Assembly: GCF_006345805.1 (NCBI RefSeq)
Contig: NC_042997.1
Coordinates: 34,410,001 to 34,474,000 of the forward strand
Reading direction: 5' to 3'
DNA length: 64,000 bases
Source: Octopus sinensis
Lineage: Eukaryota
The translations under genes and the position numbers were made by a program. Positions within the stretch are counted from its first letter, which is position 1; each line of letters starts with the position of its first letter. The notes below the pieces were generated by a model that saw only the letters and a list, made by a program, of their open reading frames with translations, had not been told where the DNA came from and made no database searches. Positions 1 through 11,099 of the stretch are shown here, one piece after another.

Positions 1-982
1 ATTTCCAGATTCTATTCCAATCGTTCTCATATCTAATCTTCAAGAACTGACTGTACATTTTCTTGTCCTGCCAAATTTTCTTCATCTGATCTCTCTGGTC
101 TTTCTTAAATCGTGTTGGATCTACGGCTTCATTCACTTTTAAGTTTCCCTGCATTTTCATTGCTTCAACCATTTCTTCTTTACTTCCCTTGACATATCAA
201 GCCAGGCTAATCTCCTCTTCTCTTACACACCCTCCACAACGCACCAATCCCTGTCCTCCTCCTTCTTTCCTCTTTAATACAATCTTGTCACATCACTCTT
301 GGGGTGTAGTTCCTTGTTCATTGTCATTAATTTAGGTATTCTCCGGTCTATCTCTTGTAATTCATTCTTTTTCCAAGATACTATTCCTGCCCCATATCTC
401 ATCAAAGCAACCACCCACGTGTTGATTGCTCTAATCTTATAGAGGCCATTTAGCTTCGATTGGAGCACAAGCAGAGTTCTCCTCAAATACTCTTTCCTCT
501 ACATTTCTACCATCTTGTGTTCATTCTTCTTAATTCTTTCAACGATACCCAGGTACTTATATCTTTTGTCTCCGACATCCTTTATAGCTTCGCCACTTTC
601 CAGTTTGATCCCATGGCTTTTACTGATTTTCTCCCTTTTGAGAATCATTACACCACATTTCTCGATCTCAAGTTCCAAGCCAATATCTTTGCTAATCATG
701 TCATGGGGAGATGAGCTGGGAGAGGAATCTTTCAAGGGGACAGTCTGTCGCCTCTCCTATTTTTTTGACTGCATACTGCCAGTTGCCGTCGACCTGCATA
801 CTGAGAGAGAGAGAGAGAGTGAGAGAGAGAGAGAGAGAGAGAGAACAATAAGGTGAAAAGAAAATACTGACAAAAAGAGAAACGAAGAAGAGAAAAATAC
901 AAATTGAGAGAGAAAAAAATAAACTAAGAACGAGCGAATGAGAGATAGATAGATAGATAAATATATGAATGGATAGATAGAT

Positions 983-1051
<69 letters not shown>

Positions 1052-1744
1052 GACTGTACATTTGCCGTCGAACTCTCGATTTCTTCCTCAGTCTTAGCGA
1101 ATAAATTTAGGTCATCCATAAACCACTGGTTGTTTACTTTCACCCTGTCTAGCATGTACCCCACACACACACATCTTTCTTAAAACGCTGGTTAGTGGCA
1201 GTATGCAGTCAACAAACAGGAGAGGCCACAGACTGTCCCCTTGAGAGATTCCTCTTTTGATATTTACCTCTCCCAGCTCATCTCCCCATGATATGAGTTC
1301 AGTTCACCACGATGCCATTGAGATTTTTTATTAACTTCAGGATATTATGGGAGACCTTAAGCAGTTCAAGGCATTCAATAATCCACGAGTGTGGGACCAT
1401 GTCATATGCTTCCCTGTAGTCCACCCATGCCATCGCCAAATTTTTGTGTCTCTTCTTGCAGTCAGCCAGGATAGTCTTATCGATTAGTAATTGATCCTTC
1501 GTTCTTCTGCTCTTACGTCTACACCCCTTTTGTTCCACTGGTAGTAGGTCGTTCCCATCTTGGTACTTGTAGATGGTGTTCGATATGATGGCTGTCATCA
1601 CTTTCCACACCAGTGGCAAACAAGATGCTGGTCGGAAAATTCCAACAGCATTCTCTTTACTTGGGTCCTTTAGGCATAGTACCGCTCTTCCTTTTGTCAT
1701 CCAGGCCGGCACTCAGTATTTCTCGCAATTCTCTCATGCAGAGC

Positions 1745-1745
<1 letters not shown>
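1..1745 (-). mobile_element. Dong/R4-clade (RLE) non-LTR retrotransposon, family A; degenerate RT-thumb fragment interrupted by microsatellites and a local inversion
   Basis: Minus-strand ORFs carry RT motifs: FRPASCLP...QKGCRR...[15 protein letters not shown] (1299-1712), FMDDLNLFA (757-1170), YKYLGI (499-735) and the thumb KIRAINTWVVALMRYGAGIVSW...HPKSDVTRLY (274-486). The 5'-truncated end abuts (TAA)n at ~1746. Confidence 0.85.
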
Positions 1746-1776
<31 letters not shown>

Positions 1777-1779
<3 letters not shown>

Positions 1780-2621
1780 TAGTTTTATTTTTATAGCGTG
1801 CTTTCACTTCACTACCGAGCGCAGCTCTGTGTGCCTTGGGTATGTGCTGTGATTTGTTGTGATGCTCTGATGGTTATTGTATGGAAAGTGTTCTGCGTAG
1901 GATGTGTGCAGTGCCTAGTAGTGCAATTTTCTGTATGTTATATGTGTTTGTAAGTCCTGGTGTTTTTGTTATGTTGTAAGTCCTGGTGTTTTTGTTATGT
2001 TGTAAGTCCTGGTGTTTTTTGTTATGTCCTTCCATATTTTATATGTATGTGTTGTTGTCTTTTCATTTTTTGGGTAGAGTACTGCTGTGAAGTATGCGTG
2101 TAAGATAGAAATGTATTCCTCACGTGTCCATTTACATCTTTTGGGTTTTATTTGCGGGACATGAGGTACAACGTCCGGCCCATTATTTTGACGGTCGTCA
2201 TTTTCGTAGGGTACTGGTCCGTTTATTTCTGTTGTCACATTATTTCGCACGTGTAGTTTTTCGTACATTTTTTGTTGTAAGTTTAATGTACGTACCGCTC
2301 GATTGTTATTCTTGGGTTGAATAGTATCGGTGGCATTTAATTTCTTCGTAGTTCCTTTGTACATGGTGTTTGGGGTCGGGGGTGATCGTGATGTTTCACG
2401 CATGTTTACAGGTGTTGCGTTAGAGGTGGAGATGATATCGAGTCAAAATACATCATTTCGTTTCGAAAATAGTAATAAATTTCAATTAGTATTACTTACT
2501 CGGATACAGTCCAATTCTTTGTTAGTAAAACTTTGGCTCCATAGGATGTCCTTGTTTTCGATGTTTGTGGATAGATTTCGGAGCTCTGAATTTTCCTTCT
2601 TACATCTTAAACGTCCCCCGG
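1777..2621 (-). mobile_element. Internally deleted Dong/R4 derivative (N-terminal ORF region fused to the 3' end)
   Basis: 1777-~1970 is near-identical to the 3' end of the element at 3272. 2027-2403 encodes KRCKWTREEYISILHAYF...TYKIW, which resembles the Myb-like N-terminus of R4/Dong ORFs. The junction is a triplicated 26-bp unit (1948-2026). (TAA)n flanks both sides. Confidence 0.65.
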
Positions 2622-2648
2622 TATTATTATTATTATTATTATTATTAC

Positions 2649-3196
2649 TGAGTGAGAGAGCAGTGCATGCCGTCAAAGTGACACGGGGGTGAAATATACG
2701 AAGTCCAGTATACCCATCATGACTACCCGACAGATAAGGGTATACTAGGCTATCCATCACAACCATATGTGTGCGACATGGTGATCTCATATCAAGATAA
2801 AAAGCACATGACCTTGCAGGTGGAGCTCAGTTACAATTTTTCTCTGGTTGAGTAACTCACCCCGCTCAAAAGGTCTCTGAATTGTTTAAGGATGTTGAAC
2901 TAAACACCCATGTTTCCAGAGTTGAATTATTCAAACTCCAAAGAATCCCTCTCAACACATGGCTATGATGCTTCCCCACTACTTCTGCTCGTGACCAGAG
3001 ATGCACATATCGTCAGCCACTAAAGGACATGCTCAACTGGTTAAAGTCAAACAACTGACAAGCAAATCTGTGGTATTGAGCAGAATATTTGCTGTAGCCC
3101 ATCTTTTATACCAAGACAAAACAATGTACATGATAACACTTCCAATTAGTTAAGATCAGAAGCCATGAGAGCCACTGCCTTGTACTGCATCAGGGC

Positions 3197-3200
<4 letters not shown>
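2649..3200 (-). mobile_element. ~550-bp non-coding interspersed element between (TAA)n tracts (non-autonomous Dong partner or Dong UTR)
   Basis: Bounded by (TTA)n on both sides. Its end TGAGTGAGAGAGCAGTGCAT... recurs at 4731-4805 next to another (TTA)n. No convincing ORF. Confidence 0.6.
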
Positions 3201-3264
<64 letters not shown>

Positions 3265-3271
3265 TATTATT

Positions 3272-4549
3272 CAGTAGTTTTATTTTTATAGCGTGCTTTC
3301 ACTTCACTACCGAGCGCAGCTCTGTGTGTCTTGGGTATGTGCTGTGATTTGTTGTGATGCTCTGATGGTTATTGTATGGAAAGTGTTCTGCGTAGGATGT
3401 GTGCAGTGCCTAGTAGTGCAATTTTCTGTATGTTATATGTGTTTGTAAGTCCTGGTGATTTTGTTATGTATTTGTCTGAATATTTTTTATCATGCCTAAT
3501 GCACCTACTATGATAGGAATTGTTTCTGTTTTCAGATTCCACATTCTAGTTACCTCTATTTCCAGGTCTTTGTATTTTGAGAGTTTCTCTCATTTCTTTT
3601 AGAGACACGTTGTCATCAGCCGGTATTGATACATCAATTAGAAAGCATTTTTTTTCTTCATGATCTCTGACAACTATATCTGGTCTGTTGGCCTTAATTT
3701 CTCTATCTGTGTGTATCGGCATATCCCAGAGTATGGTTGCTTTCTCGTTTTCTGTGACCTTTTCTGGTGTGTGCCTATACCATCTTTTTTCTGTTGTTAT
3801 TCCATAATGTTGGCATAGCTTCCAATGTATGTAGGTTCCAACTCTGTCATGTCTGTGAATATATTCCTTCTTAGCCAGGACTGGGCAGCTAGAGATAATA
3901 TGATTTATTGTTTCTTGTCCATCTCCACATATTCTGCAGTTACTTGTAATATTTCTTTTCATTACATGTTTTTGGTAATTTCTGGTGGGGAGGCTTTGGT
4001 CTTGTGCTGCAATTAAAAATCCCTCTGTTTCTGCTTTGAGTCCTGAGCTTCTCAACCATTGCTGGGATTTTTCTTTGTCTATTTCTTTTGCGTTTAGTTT
4101 AGTGCAGTATTTACCATGAAGGGGCTTTTCTTGCCATCGTTTTATCATGGTTCGTTGCTGTTCTATTTTTAGTTTGGATTTCATTTGTTTTATAGCTTTT
4201 GTTGTTTCTTCATCATCTTCTTCTTCTTCGTGTTTATTAGGTGGTATGATTTCTTGTTTGTATTTGTCAGCTTCCTTAAATACTGAGAACAGTTTTTTGT
4301 TTTGCTCGTGTTTTGCTGCTATCTGGATCAGTTTTCCTTCCTTCTGAAGTAGATATTTTGCAGTCCTATGGTGGTTATTTTATAGTAGTTTTCCAGCTGT
4401 ATAAGGCCTCTACCACCTTCTATACGTTGTATATATAGTCTTTCTATGTCAGATTTTGGGTGATGCATCCTAGATCCTGTCAGTATTTTTCTTGTTTTCC
4501 TATCTATTTTGGACAGTTCATTTCGTGTCCAGTTAAGGATATTGTAGCT

Positions 4550-4550
<1 letters not shown>
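3272..4550 (-). mobile_element. Dong/R4-clade LINE family B, 5'-truncated (thumb, zinc knuckle, RLE endonuclease, 3' UTR, (AAT)n tail)
   Basis: ORF 3546-4184 has CRICGDGQETINHIISSC (CCHC), RHDRV and RPDIVV...LIDVSIP (PD..D RLE motif). The upstream frame has MHHPKSDIERLY...GGRGL. (TAA)n lies at both ends. Confidence 0.92.
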
Positions 4551-4588
<38 letters not shown>

Positions 4589-4730
4589 TATTATTATTAT
4601 TATTTATTATTATTATTGTGATTCTTCTTAGTCTTCTTCTTGTTCTTGTTTTTGTTGTTGATGTTGTTGTTGTTGTTGTTGTTGTTGTTCTTCTTCTTCT
4701 TCTTCTTCTTCTTCTTATTATTATTATTAT

Positions 4731-4805
4731 TGAGTGAGAGAGCAGTGCATTGCATCAAAGTAACACTGGGCTTAAGTATACGAAGCCCAGTATATCCAAC
4801 ATGAT
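4731..4805 (-). mobile_element. Short terminal fragment of the 2649-3200 element
   Basis: Visible similarity to 2649-2720, adjacent to (TTA)n. Confidence 0.7.
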
Positions 4806-5269
4806 CGCATATAAAACAAACAACGTTGTTTACAAATCGCTCCCGAAAAAAGGAAAATTATCAGAAGAAAGGAAGTTTTTAACATAAACGCTCGCTTACA
4901 GATAGCATCCTAAAGTCTGAAGTCAACTCCATCGACATCGACAAAAGAAAATAATAAGGTTTGTGTTTTATTCTAAGGCATATTTTACTTTTGTCTTTCA
5001 TGTTGCCGACATACAAAAAGTGATCATAAATATTTTGCACCACACTCACAAAACCTGAAAAATATACAAAATAATATATTTCACACAAAAGTCAAATAAT
5101 TATAGAATTATGTTTTAATTGCAATGCAAAATGCTTATATATATTCCCAAAATAAAACAACACACGGACATTTTAATGGCAAACTTCAACATAACAAATA
5201 GAAATCTTGTAAACAACAAAATTACACATGTACACATCACAGCAAATATATATATAAAGAAAAGAATGC

Positions 5270-5900
5270 TATCATTCGTAAACGTTCTTTTAAATGAACA
5301 TTTTCTTGGAAGCACGAAAACCTGAAAATTTATGTACACAAGACGGGCACAAGCCATCACAGAGACTCATAAGAGTAGAAACATGACCACACCTGTGCCT
5401 TGACAAAGTCACTGGATTTTCTTTTGTTTCATCGAAGCAAGATTAGGAGACAGACCTTTCAGACACTTTAAATGAATTAAAATTCTTTCATTGAGGGAGG
5501 GGCGACGCCATATAAGTCAGCTTTAAAAATGAGGATGTGTCAAAAACGCAAACTTTACTCGTAGGCTGGTTCTACAGTATTCGCGAAAAAGGTAGAGAAG
5601 GGTCACCATCAAAGATATTAGTTACAGTATTGAGCCCTTATTATTAATCACCTTTATGGTGCAATACGAGCAGGTGATAAGCGTTGATGTAGCATTTCGT
5701 GTCAGGTGTATGAATACGATCACCATGGACATACATATGATCATCATTTTTGCAAAACCAGAAAGCAATAAGTGAGTCATGTAAATGCTGTCGTGGGACC
5801 TTAAAGTTCAGCTTCCAAGGTAGACTGCTCCAGTAGCTACACACCTGAGGGCATAACCAATTTCAAGGTTTTCTGTACAGAAATTTTAAAAGAACAAAAG
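5270..5900 (-). pseudogene. Possible highly degenerate P-element/THAP9-like transposase remnant
   Basis: Frameshift-tolerant reading gives VATGAV..NFKVP, LTRNATST (cf. LTCDGTST), KVCVFD..H.LKL (cf. F.D.PHLLKL), KIQ*(W) and DGL...KKM in the expected order. Several indels are required. Confidence 0.28.
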
Positions 5901-6660
5901 CAGCAAGAAGGATGAATCAAGAAGTTGGTCGGTCCCGATGCGACACAAGGTGTAATTTTGAGTCGTCAAAAATATAATTGACACTTCGTCATTACTCTTC
6001 TCCCTGCCACAACCAAAAAAGAGAAGAGTCATCCACAATAATAATAAAAAAGAGCTAGCACTCAGCAACGAGAACTCTTACGGTAGTACAATCATGTCCA
6101 ATACTGCGATGGAAAAAGAGACTGAGACAAAGGAGGTAACATAAAAATCCAAAAATGGAAGAAAAGACTCAAGGGAAAATATAAAATGCTATAAAAATTC
6201 GAGGTGGGGTATACCTAAATTAAAAAAAGAGACAATCTCCGCCAAGGAAGAGTTCATACCTTTTGAAGAAGCTCCAATATCATGGGAAAAGGAACTATTT
6301 TCCTTTGTCAACAAAATGTAATTCACAGCCACTCGCAAAAATAACAAAGCTCTTTAAGTGACTTATCAAATATACAAGAAATTTCCAGACCGAATCCGAA
6401 TCGAAGAGGAAATAAAAATCACATTTTAAACAAAATATGTCAACTAATATTAGTAGAAACATCATATAGACTATATGAAGTGTTATATTTCTAAAACCCA
6501 GAAGTTATAAGATATAGGACGTCAATTGGTTATTATTAGCGAAAAGATCCCAAAGCAGGATTTTTAGTCTTCAGTTATGAGCAGTACGGGTAAGAAAGAT
6601 ACAAGAAGTTAGATGAGGAACATGTATATCTTGGTCGATACGAATGGAAGCTTTACACTT

Positions 6661-6693
<33 letters not shown>

Positions 6694-6697
6694 TATA

Positions 6698-6736
<39 letters not shown>

Positions 6737-6767
6737 ATATATATATATATATAATATATATATATTT

Positions 6768-6836
6768 TTATTTTCGACATATGTTTCGAAGGCTAACCGA
6801 ATTATCCATAATAAGATAATTCATTCAACTACTCAA
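6768..6836. mobile_element. Inverted-junction fragment of the PLE terminal repeat seen at 20830-21150, including the 3' half of a hammerhead
   Basis: Minus 6793-6768 reads AGCCTTCGAAACATATGTCGAAAATAAAA, matching 20931-20958. Plus 6794-6836 (TAACCGAATTATCCAT...CAACTACT) matches ~21110-21150. Flanked by (TA)n. Confidence 0.75.
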
Positions 6837-6840
6837 TTAT

Positions 6841-6873
<33 letters not shown>

Positions 6874-7419
6874 CGTTTGAATTATTTTGCAATTTATCAT
6901 GCTTTTGCATTTATATTTTGTCAATATTTCTGCTTTTTAAGAAATTCATCCAATTACATTTTGCAGGCATCTTTCACCACTCTCTTCATCTTTGGATAAC
7001 TTGTGCATCTTACCCTACATGTCTTTATAACATTCCCATATTTTTAATCTTTAATTTTATGTATTCTTTCAAATCCTTCTGGTTAATAAAGAGAAAAAAA
7101 ATATCTTTTTATCATTCGTGCTGTGTTTCTTTATTGGCAAGACATGTTTGAGTGGGCACCGTTTTTGGATTATATTTTATTAAGATTTTAAGACAGTATA
7201 ATTATTTTTTCCTCGTATCGCGCGGGATTATTAAAATCAAGAGCTTTCTATTTTCCTGTCTTGTTTAAACAAAAAAAGTCATTTTCAAACACGTGTTTAT
7301 TTTTTTCACATTTAGCCATACTTCAATATTAGGGATAACGGAAAGAGTTTCTCGTCATAGTGGTGGCAACAGCCAAATAAACAAATACACTCCTCAACTA
7401 AACACTAGTAAATATAATA

Positions 7420-8160
7420 TTAGCACAGATTAAAAAAAAAGAATCTAAGAGAGAGAAGGCTAAGAACATCGAAGACATGGAAACAAACCACCGAAAAAAA
7501 TGACTGATAGAAACCTAGCAATATTCGTTTTATGCACTCACAATTAAAAAGCAAACAAGAGCAACTAAAATGACCACAGCAATAAACACAACATGATAAC
7601 AGTCATAAGTGCTCACAGAATGTTAATGACGTTAGATGCAATTCTATGACAGTTTTTGCCCTTGTCAGAAAAATACCTGGCTAAGGTGTATCACAAAAGA
7701 GCATATCTCTTTGCCCGAGGATTTGCTCTAAATAGCAAATTAAGAAGGCCCTATTTGATGAATTGGGTGAATCATAGAGAAGCATCTGTAAATTATTCAA
7801 GGTCAAGAGCAAATCAGGTATACCTACCTATATGACAGTTTTTGCCCTTGTCAGAAAAATACCTGGCTAAGGTGTATCACAAAAGAGCATATCTCTTTGC
7901 CCGAGGATTTGCTCTAAATAGCAAATTAAGAAGGCCCTATTTGATGAATTGGGTGAATCATAGAGAAGCATCTGTAAATTATTCAAGGTCAAGAGCAAAT
8001 CAGGTATACCTACCTATATGATCATACTATGATACATACACTCAGAAACAGTGGAATTGACAATAACCTCTAATTTTCTGACACTATGCACCCAATATAA
8101 GCAGACTGGGAGTACAGAAGCAATGATAAATAATATGTGATTGAGATGTGTCAGTACGAA
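7420..8160 (+). mobile_element. Possible degenerate LINE AP-endonuclease region
   Basis: ITVISAH...FYDS resembles the APE motif ITVISAYAP...FYD. Heavily disrupted. Confidence 0.3.
7645..8021. repeat. Apparently perfect 186-bp tandem duplication
   Basis: TATGA starts at 7645, 7831 and 8017. The two units look identical by eye. Confidence 0.9.
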
Positions 8161-8323
8161 ATCAGAAATCAAAATGAGCCCTGAATCCACCGATATTTTT
8201 CATGGTACCCTGCTGCGAATGCTGAAACAAAAACAGAATTAAACATAGTAATTCAATGCAGAAAACGTAGCTGTTACACATTCGGTAATGAAAGAGAAAT
8301 AGAATGAAAGAAAGAGAGAGAGA

Positions 8324-8384
<61 letters not shown>

Positions 8385-8428
8385 CGAGAGAAAGAGAGCG
8401 AGAGAGAGAGAGAGAGAAAGAGAGAAAC

Positions 8429-8459
<31 letters not shown>

Positions 8460-8559
8460 AGATGAATGTGAGAGAAAGTGCGTTTAGAAACTAATAGATT
8501 CTGCATACTACTATCCCAACATCACATGTATATGTGTGTATATATGAATGTGGGCAAAG

Positions 8560-9853
8560 GTACACAGGGAAATTTTGAAATTTGGGGAACAGAGGTCTAA
8601 GTGGTTACTGTGTAGTATCTGTCTTTTGGTGGGGGTCCCACAATTGTTGGTGTTGACACCCTTTATACTTAATAGCTTAAATTACATTTTTTTGATGCGC
8701 AGGTGAAGTTATTTTTTTCGACAAAAGTGTGTCCAGATTGAAATTTATACATTGTACCTATAGTGAGGTGGATGGAAGTCCCGCAATTAGAGCGACCACA
8801 GATTTTGACGGTTGGTTTTTGGCTTGTGGTGGGTAATTTTGCTTTGGTAAGTAATTTCTTTAATGATTTAGGTTGTCTCTTGCTTTTTATTATTTTATGG
8901 GTTTCGAGTCCTTTTTTTAATCGTGGGCCTTGACTCAGTAGTATATAATAGTGTAAGCTTCTGTATCCCTTGTGTTGTGTGTTAAGAGATATGAAATACT
9001 ATTTAGCGTACCTTGAATATGTTTCGTTTTTCGTACATCTTGCATGTCGATTGCCTTAACCCGTTCTATTCCATTATTAATTAATGATGAGGGGTACTGT
9101 CTTTCGAGTAGAATTTCCTTTAGTTCTTGGAGTCTTTCGTATTGCGTTTCATAATTCGAGACAATTGTAAACATTCTTCTCAATAGGTGAAAAGGAACGT
9201 TTGTCTTTGAGTACTTTGGGTGGTTTGAAGTGAACAAAAGGTATTGTTTGTAATCAGTTGGTTTGTAGTGGAAATCGGTTTCAATATTTGTGTCTTTTTT
9301 ATGACTAAGATGTGTAGAAATGGGAGTTGGTTTTGACTATATTTTATTGCGAATTGGATATGGCTGTTCGTGCTGTTAATTAGGTTTTTGAATGTATGAG
9401 ACCATGCAGTCAACCAAATAGCGTTTCCATTTCTCTAACAGGTAATTGTAAAAATTCAGGCCGTATTGTAATTTGGTTTGTTCATATATTTGGACTTCCG
9501 AGTTGGCCATAACTATATTAGCGTAAGTTGGGAAATATTTTGTGCCCGTCGCAGTCACTGATATCTGTTTATATGTGTTATCATTAACGTTAAAAAGGTT
9601 GTTTTACAAAAGGAATTTAAGTCCTTCGATGATAAAGTCTTTTTTCTATTCTTTCTGGGATCTCATTGGGGTATTTTTCCAGTCAGAATCTTATTACTTC
9701 CAGTCCGTATTGGTGTGGAATCGTAGTGTAGAAGTTTATCACATCAAAGGAGACGATGAAAATACCTTTGCTTGTGTGTTTGTGGAGGTAGTGTAGGAGA
9801 TCGAGGTAATCTCTTACAATACTTGGTATGTGTTTGAGAATTGGTTTTAGTAA
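8560..9853 (-). mobile_element. Penelope-like element (Neptune-type: RT, thumb, Cys-rich linker, start of GIY-YIG), degenerate
   Basis: SFDVINFYTTIP (9683-9871), TATGTKYFPTYANIVM...WKRYLVD (9376-9558), HPKYSK...QYPSSLI (8935-9237), then KRQPKSLKKLL...CGRSNCGT...FTCASK. Confidence 0.85.
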
Positions 9854-11077
9854 TCTATATATATAAAACAAAAGATTGTGTGTGTAGTATGTATTTCTAC
9901 AGTTTTCAACCGATTTTCACCATACTTTACACATACTAATGTGCCAAGGATGGCCATGCACTATAACATTTTGCCCCGAGCACCCGCGTAAAGCGAGAAA
10001 CCGGGAAAAATGGTGTTTTACACGGGTCTTTCTCTAAAAATGTCTGCAGTTTTCAATCGATTCTCTCCCTTTTCTCTATCGGTTTATTTCTCTCTTCTCT
10101 CTCTTTTTCTCATTCTCTGTTTCTTTTGCTTACATATATTGTCTCTCACCCTCTGAAATAGTTCCTCTCTTTTAGACTATGTCTGTTCTTTCTTTTTTTC
10201 TCTCTCTCCCTTTAACTTACTCAGACACTTATTAACTTCTGTTTGCAAATTGTCTTCCGTGTATTTCAATTAGCCGTGCATAAAAATCACTTTTGTAACG
10301 GTTTTTGCACGTTCTCCCTGAAAAATGATTTAGTTATTTCTAACTTTTGTTCAACCACTGTGTTTAAATTAAGTTTTGCCATATGAGCCTAAAAATTGAC
10401 TTCAGTGTATTTCAATATTTTCGTGAGTAAATATCTTTGACTTCACGGTATTTCTCCGTTCTCCATACAACATTTCTTTACTTATTTTCAATTTTTTGCA
10501 CTCCGTCTATTTAAATACCCTATTTACATTTCTCCCTCTATCGAAAAACGTTGTGTGTGCGGTTATGCATGTGTACATATGACCGCTATGGGCCACATAC
10601 AGCGGATAAGCCTTTATTACTAACCAATGAGATTTCAACCACGCCACTGAGTGATCATGCGTTAGAAAAAGCTATCCTAAAGCAGCTCAAGTTTTTTCAC
10701 TCAAGCTATTTTATTCTAGAGCTTTATACTCTCAAACTTGGTTTGTAAGTTCTGGCAACAAATTGACTTCTTTGTAATAAATTAGTCGTGCGTAAAAATC
10801 TCTGTTGTTACGGTTTTTGTACATTATTCCTGAAAAATAATTTAGTTTTTCTTAATTTTTGTTCACCAAGTATGTTTAAATTCAGTTTTGCCACATATGC
10901 CTAATGATTGACATCTGTATATTTTAATTTTGTCGTGCGTAAATATCTTTGTCTCTACGGTATTTGTGAGTTCTCCCAACAAAGGATGTCTGTGTCTATA
11001 TAGTACGTATACATTTCTACAATACCCTGTCCGTATAAGTATTTGTAACCCAACCACCGTTTGACAACCGGAGCTAG
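9854..11077 (+). mobile_element. Non-autonomous Helitron-like element
   Basis: 5' A|TCTATATATATAAAA (TC at 9854-9855) and 3' CTAG|T (11074-11077). A near-perfect hairpin CCG-TT-TGAC-AA-CCGG lies at 11057-11071. No TSD, as expected. Contains internal ~145-bp repeats. Confidence 0.62.
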
Positions 11078-11099
11078 TGTCACACGCACACACACACAC

